Of a DNA stretch of 12,463 nucleotides, positions 10,192 to 12,463 are shown one piece after another. The notes under the pieces were generated by a model, which saw only the letters and a list, made by a program, of their open reading frames with translations, did not search any database and had not been told where the DNA came from. This stretch comes from Fonticula alba ATCC 38817 (lineage: Eukaryota > Protista > Nucleariida). The stretch lies in the NCBI GenBank assembly GCA_000388065.2, contig KB932204.1, one strand, 5' to 3'. Every line of letters starts with the position of its first letter. Positions within the stretch are counted from its first letter, which is position 1. A program made the position numbers and the translations under genes.

Positions 10192-10385
10192 CAGTAAGTG
10201 AGCAGCAGACAACAAACAAACAGTAAGTGAGCAGCAGACAACAAACAAACAGTAAGTGAGCAGCAGACAACAAACAAACAGCAAGTGAGCAGCAGACAAC
10301 AAACAAACAGCAAGTGAGCAACAGACAGCAAGTGAACAGCAAGTGAGCAACAGACAGCAAGTGAACAGCAAGTGAGCAGCAAACA
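10192..10385 (+). repeat. Tandem repeat, 29-bp unit CAG(T/C)AAGTGAGCAGCAGACAACAAACAAA (about 4 copies) decaying into CAAGTGA(G/A)CA variants
   Basis: Units start at 10192, 10221, 10250, 10279 and 10308. Shares AAGTGAGCAG and GCAGCAGACAACAA with 1889-1987. Lies in the donor-side part of the SCFD2-like intron 3. Confidence 0.9.
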
Positions 10386-10501
10386 GCAAATGGCCAGCAA
10401 GGGGAAGGACAGGCAGGAGGCGCAGGAACCCAAGTCAGACACGGGCACCAGGCGGCGAAAGAACACCCACCGACAGCCCAGACAGGACACCCCACACGCA
10501 C

Positions 10502-12423
10502 CTTGGACAGGGACACGCCGGAGGCGCGCGCCAGATTGTCCAGCACATAGGACAGCGTGGTGGCGGCCGGCTGGGCCAGCACCGCACACAGGGACACCGA
10601 GGACCCGGGCCCGGGCAGGTCCACCAGGCAGTCGGCCACCGACAGCCCGGTGAAGAGGGCGGCCCGGGGGGGCGCGGCGTCCAGCCGGGCCGGCGCCCCG
10701 CCCGGGGCCACACCCCCCGGCCGGAGGACCGGCACACTCAGGGGGAAGTGCCCGGGCTGGAGGAAGGCCAGGACCTGGGGCCCCTCGGCCGCCGGGTCCT
10801 CGGCGTCGGGCGACGGCCCGGCCACGGGCTCCAGGCCGGCCATGGACGACACCGAGGCCAGGGCCCGGCTGATGAGGCTGGGATCCGGCCCGAAGACCGG
10901 GCTCCAGTCGGCCGACTGCCGGGGCCGGCGGAGAAGGGGGCGGCGCGGCGCCGGTGTCAGCGCCACAGGACAGCCGGGCACAGGGCCCGAGGAAAGGCAA
11001 GCAACGGCAAACCAGGGGCAAGTAGGTGTGTGGGCTTGGCACGCACGCGGTCCACCACCAGGACGGTCACGGCGCCGGGCGAGTGCCCCGGCGCCGGGGC
11101 CGAGTCACGCAGGCGCCCAAGCAGCGCCGGGTCCTCGGCCACCGAGGACGCCGTCGGCAAGGGGACCCCATCGCGCAGGAGCGACAGGACCAGGGCCGCC
11201 TGGCGCCCGGCCAGGTCGCCCAAGCCGTGGATGGCCCCGATGGAGGCCGCCGGGGGGGCCGGCTGCCCGGGCGTGGCGGCCGCCCGGCCGAAGGCCGCCG
11301 CCGACCGGAACCAGTCGAACACCGCCAAGCCGGCGCGCAGGGCGATCTGGCCCGGGCGTTGCACATGCGATTGTGTGTGCGTGTGCGTGTGTGTGAGAGA
11401 GAGAGGGAGAGGGAGAGGGAGAGAGAGACACCAGCGGGGGGCCGGCGTCGGGCGCAGGCGGAGGATGAGCATCATGCCGGGGCACAAGGGACCCCGGGCG
11501 GTCGGGCGCGGGCGTACCTCCGACGCCAGCGGCCGGTCGGCCTGCGGGCACAGCCGGAGCAGCAGCTCCGGGCCAACATCGGCCAGCAGCGGCAGGTGAA
11601 AGAGCCAGCCCGGGGCGGGAGCGGCGGCGGCGGCGGCGGCGGCGGCGGCCATGGCGGCCATGGCGGCGGCCCCCGGCGGCGGCGCCCGCATGCCGATGGC
11701 CGACACGCACAGCGGCCAGTGCTCGACCGTCACCGAGGGCAGGGCCGCCCCCGGGTCCAGGTCCCGGGCGATCGAGGCCGCCAGCACCCGGGCCACGTCG
11801 CGGAAGCGCAGGAGGTTCTGCTCCTGCGGGGGGCCCGGCCGGTCGGCCCCGGGCCCCGGGGACCCGGCCGGCGCCCGGCCCGCGGTCTGGTACGAGTGGT
11901 GGCTGCTGCGCAGGCAGCACAGGATGCGCACCGAGGAGAAGGCGGCCCCCGGGCCGGGGCGGCCGCCGGCCCGGGCCGTGCCCCGGCGCAGCCGCGAGAA
12001 CACCACCCCGGAGATGTGCTCCAGCGTCGGGTACTTCAGGTCGCGCACCAGGAAGAGCAGCTGCGCCTGCGGGCCGTCCAGCTGGCCGAGATCCGCCTCG
12101 GCGGGGCCGGGCTCGGGCCGGGGCCCGGCCGGGGCCGGCCCGTCAGCCGGGCCCAGCCGCGGGCTCAGCCGGCCCCGGCCCTCCAGGCAGTACACCCCGG
12201 ACAGGAGGGCCCCGCGCAGGAGCCCCGGCGAGCTGAGGAACCCGGGCCAGCCCCAGGAGCTGGCCACCGCCTGGTAGGCGAAGGAGTCCACGTACAGGTG
12301 GACCACCGTGCGGGCGGCCGGCGGCCCGGCCCCCGGCGCGGCGGCCACCGCCTCGTCCACTTGCCAGGCGTGGCCCAGGACTCGGCCGCACCAGGCGGCC
12401 ACCGGCAGGACCGAGAGCGGCAT
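10502..12423 (-). CDS. SCFD2: Sec1/Munc18 (SM) family protein, SCFD2/MIP3-like, 5' part: exons 12423-11518, 11346-11047, 10915-10502 (540 codons, no stop)
   Basis: ATG at 12423. Introns 11517-11347 (GTACGC...CAG) and 11046-10916 (GTGCGT...CAG, GCTGAC branch near 10961-10956) are both phase 0. Splicing creates VLVVDR|SADWSPVF, which matches the SM-family 'DR(S/T)xD' motif (human SCFD2 VVFVDRTLDL, from memory). Other colinear blocks by eye: HLYVDSFAYQAVASSWG ~ VVYLDAACAESLHWGCG; SVTVEHWPLCVSAI ~ TAEVFHVPLLLAPV; IHGLGDLAGRQAALV ~ CFAVGSLSQVIAADL. Exon 3 ends at a phase-0 GTGCGT donor at 10501. Family assignment is by recalled sequence, not a database search. Confidence 0.7.
11372..11428 (+). repeat. 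Compound (TG)n-(GA)n microsatellite in SCFD2-like intron 1
   Basis: Direct reading. Confidence 0.9.
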
Positions 12424-12463
12424 TGCCCGGGCGCCGGGGGAGAGCGGGGGGGGGGGGGGGGGG

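Noticed and set aside
10194-10257. Three perfect plus-strand GTAAGT donor consensus words
   Set aside because: They are part of the tandem unit, have no upstream plus-strand exon, and do not match this genome's GTRCGH donors.
10192-10385. 29-bp repeat resembling a CRISPR repeat in length (also the 50-bp unit at 3551-3669)
   Set aside because: The units are head-to-tail with no unique spacers, lie in eukaryotic introns, and no cas genes are present.
9940-10389. Cys/Leu-rich repeat 'proteins' (LLLTCCSLAAH, VCMYVCMY, HTYIHTYI; also 1618-2010 and 3288-3703)
   Set aside because: These are translations of intronic tandem repeats.
1804-10501. Trans-splicing as the explanation for the split SM gene
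   Set aside because: The halves are on the same strand and in the correct order, so cis-splicing or mis-scaffolding suffices. Nothing in the sequence requires trans-splicing.
93-12423. Many long overlapping ORFs on both strands (e.g. 115-1809+, 752-1906+, 2029-3342+, 7751-9976-, 7849-9222-)
   Set aside because: These are shadow ORFs expected from very high GC and stop-codon scarcity. They are Arg/Gly/Pro-rich, antisense or off-frame to frames with recognisable motifs and consistent splicing.

Overview
GC-rich, intron-containing eukaryotic genomic DNA from a draft scaffold with three N gaps (1988-1997, 5716-6644, 10182-10191). There are no prokaryotic features. The style (Pro/Gly/Ala-rich linkers, microsatellite-filled introns) is reminiscent of Fonticula-like protists, but that is inference only. 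Hand-splicing gives three genes. (1) A minus-strand B-box zinc finger + DUF2009/UPF0652-family gene, join(5673-4510, 4285-3833, 3360-2560), about 805 aa. (2) A plus-strand hypothetical gene, join(7400-7640, 7800-9072, 9254-9699, 9804-9988), with no stop before the gap. (3) A minus-strand Sec1/Munc18-family gene resembling SCFD2/MIP3. Its first three exons lie at 12423-10502 and its last two at 1803-211, with phase-compatible splice sites, so the other two genes sit inside a nominal 8.7-kb intron. This is either a real nested-gene architecture, including a same-strand nested gene, or more parsimoniously a contig scaffolded into a gap in a repeat-rich intron. The same AAGTGAGCAG repeat family abuts both 10-N gaps from the outside. 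All 10 inferred donors read GTRCGH.
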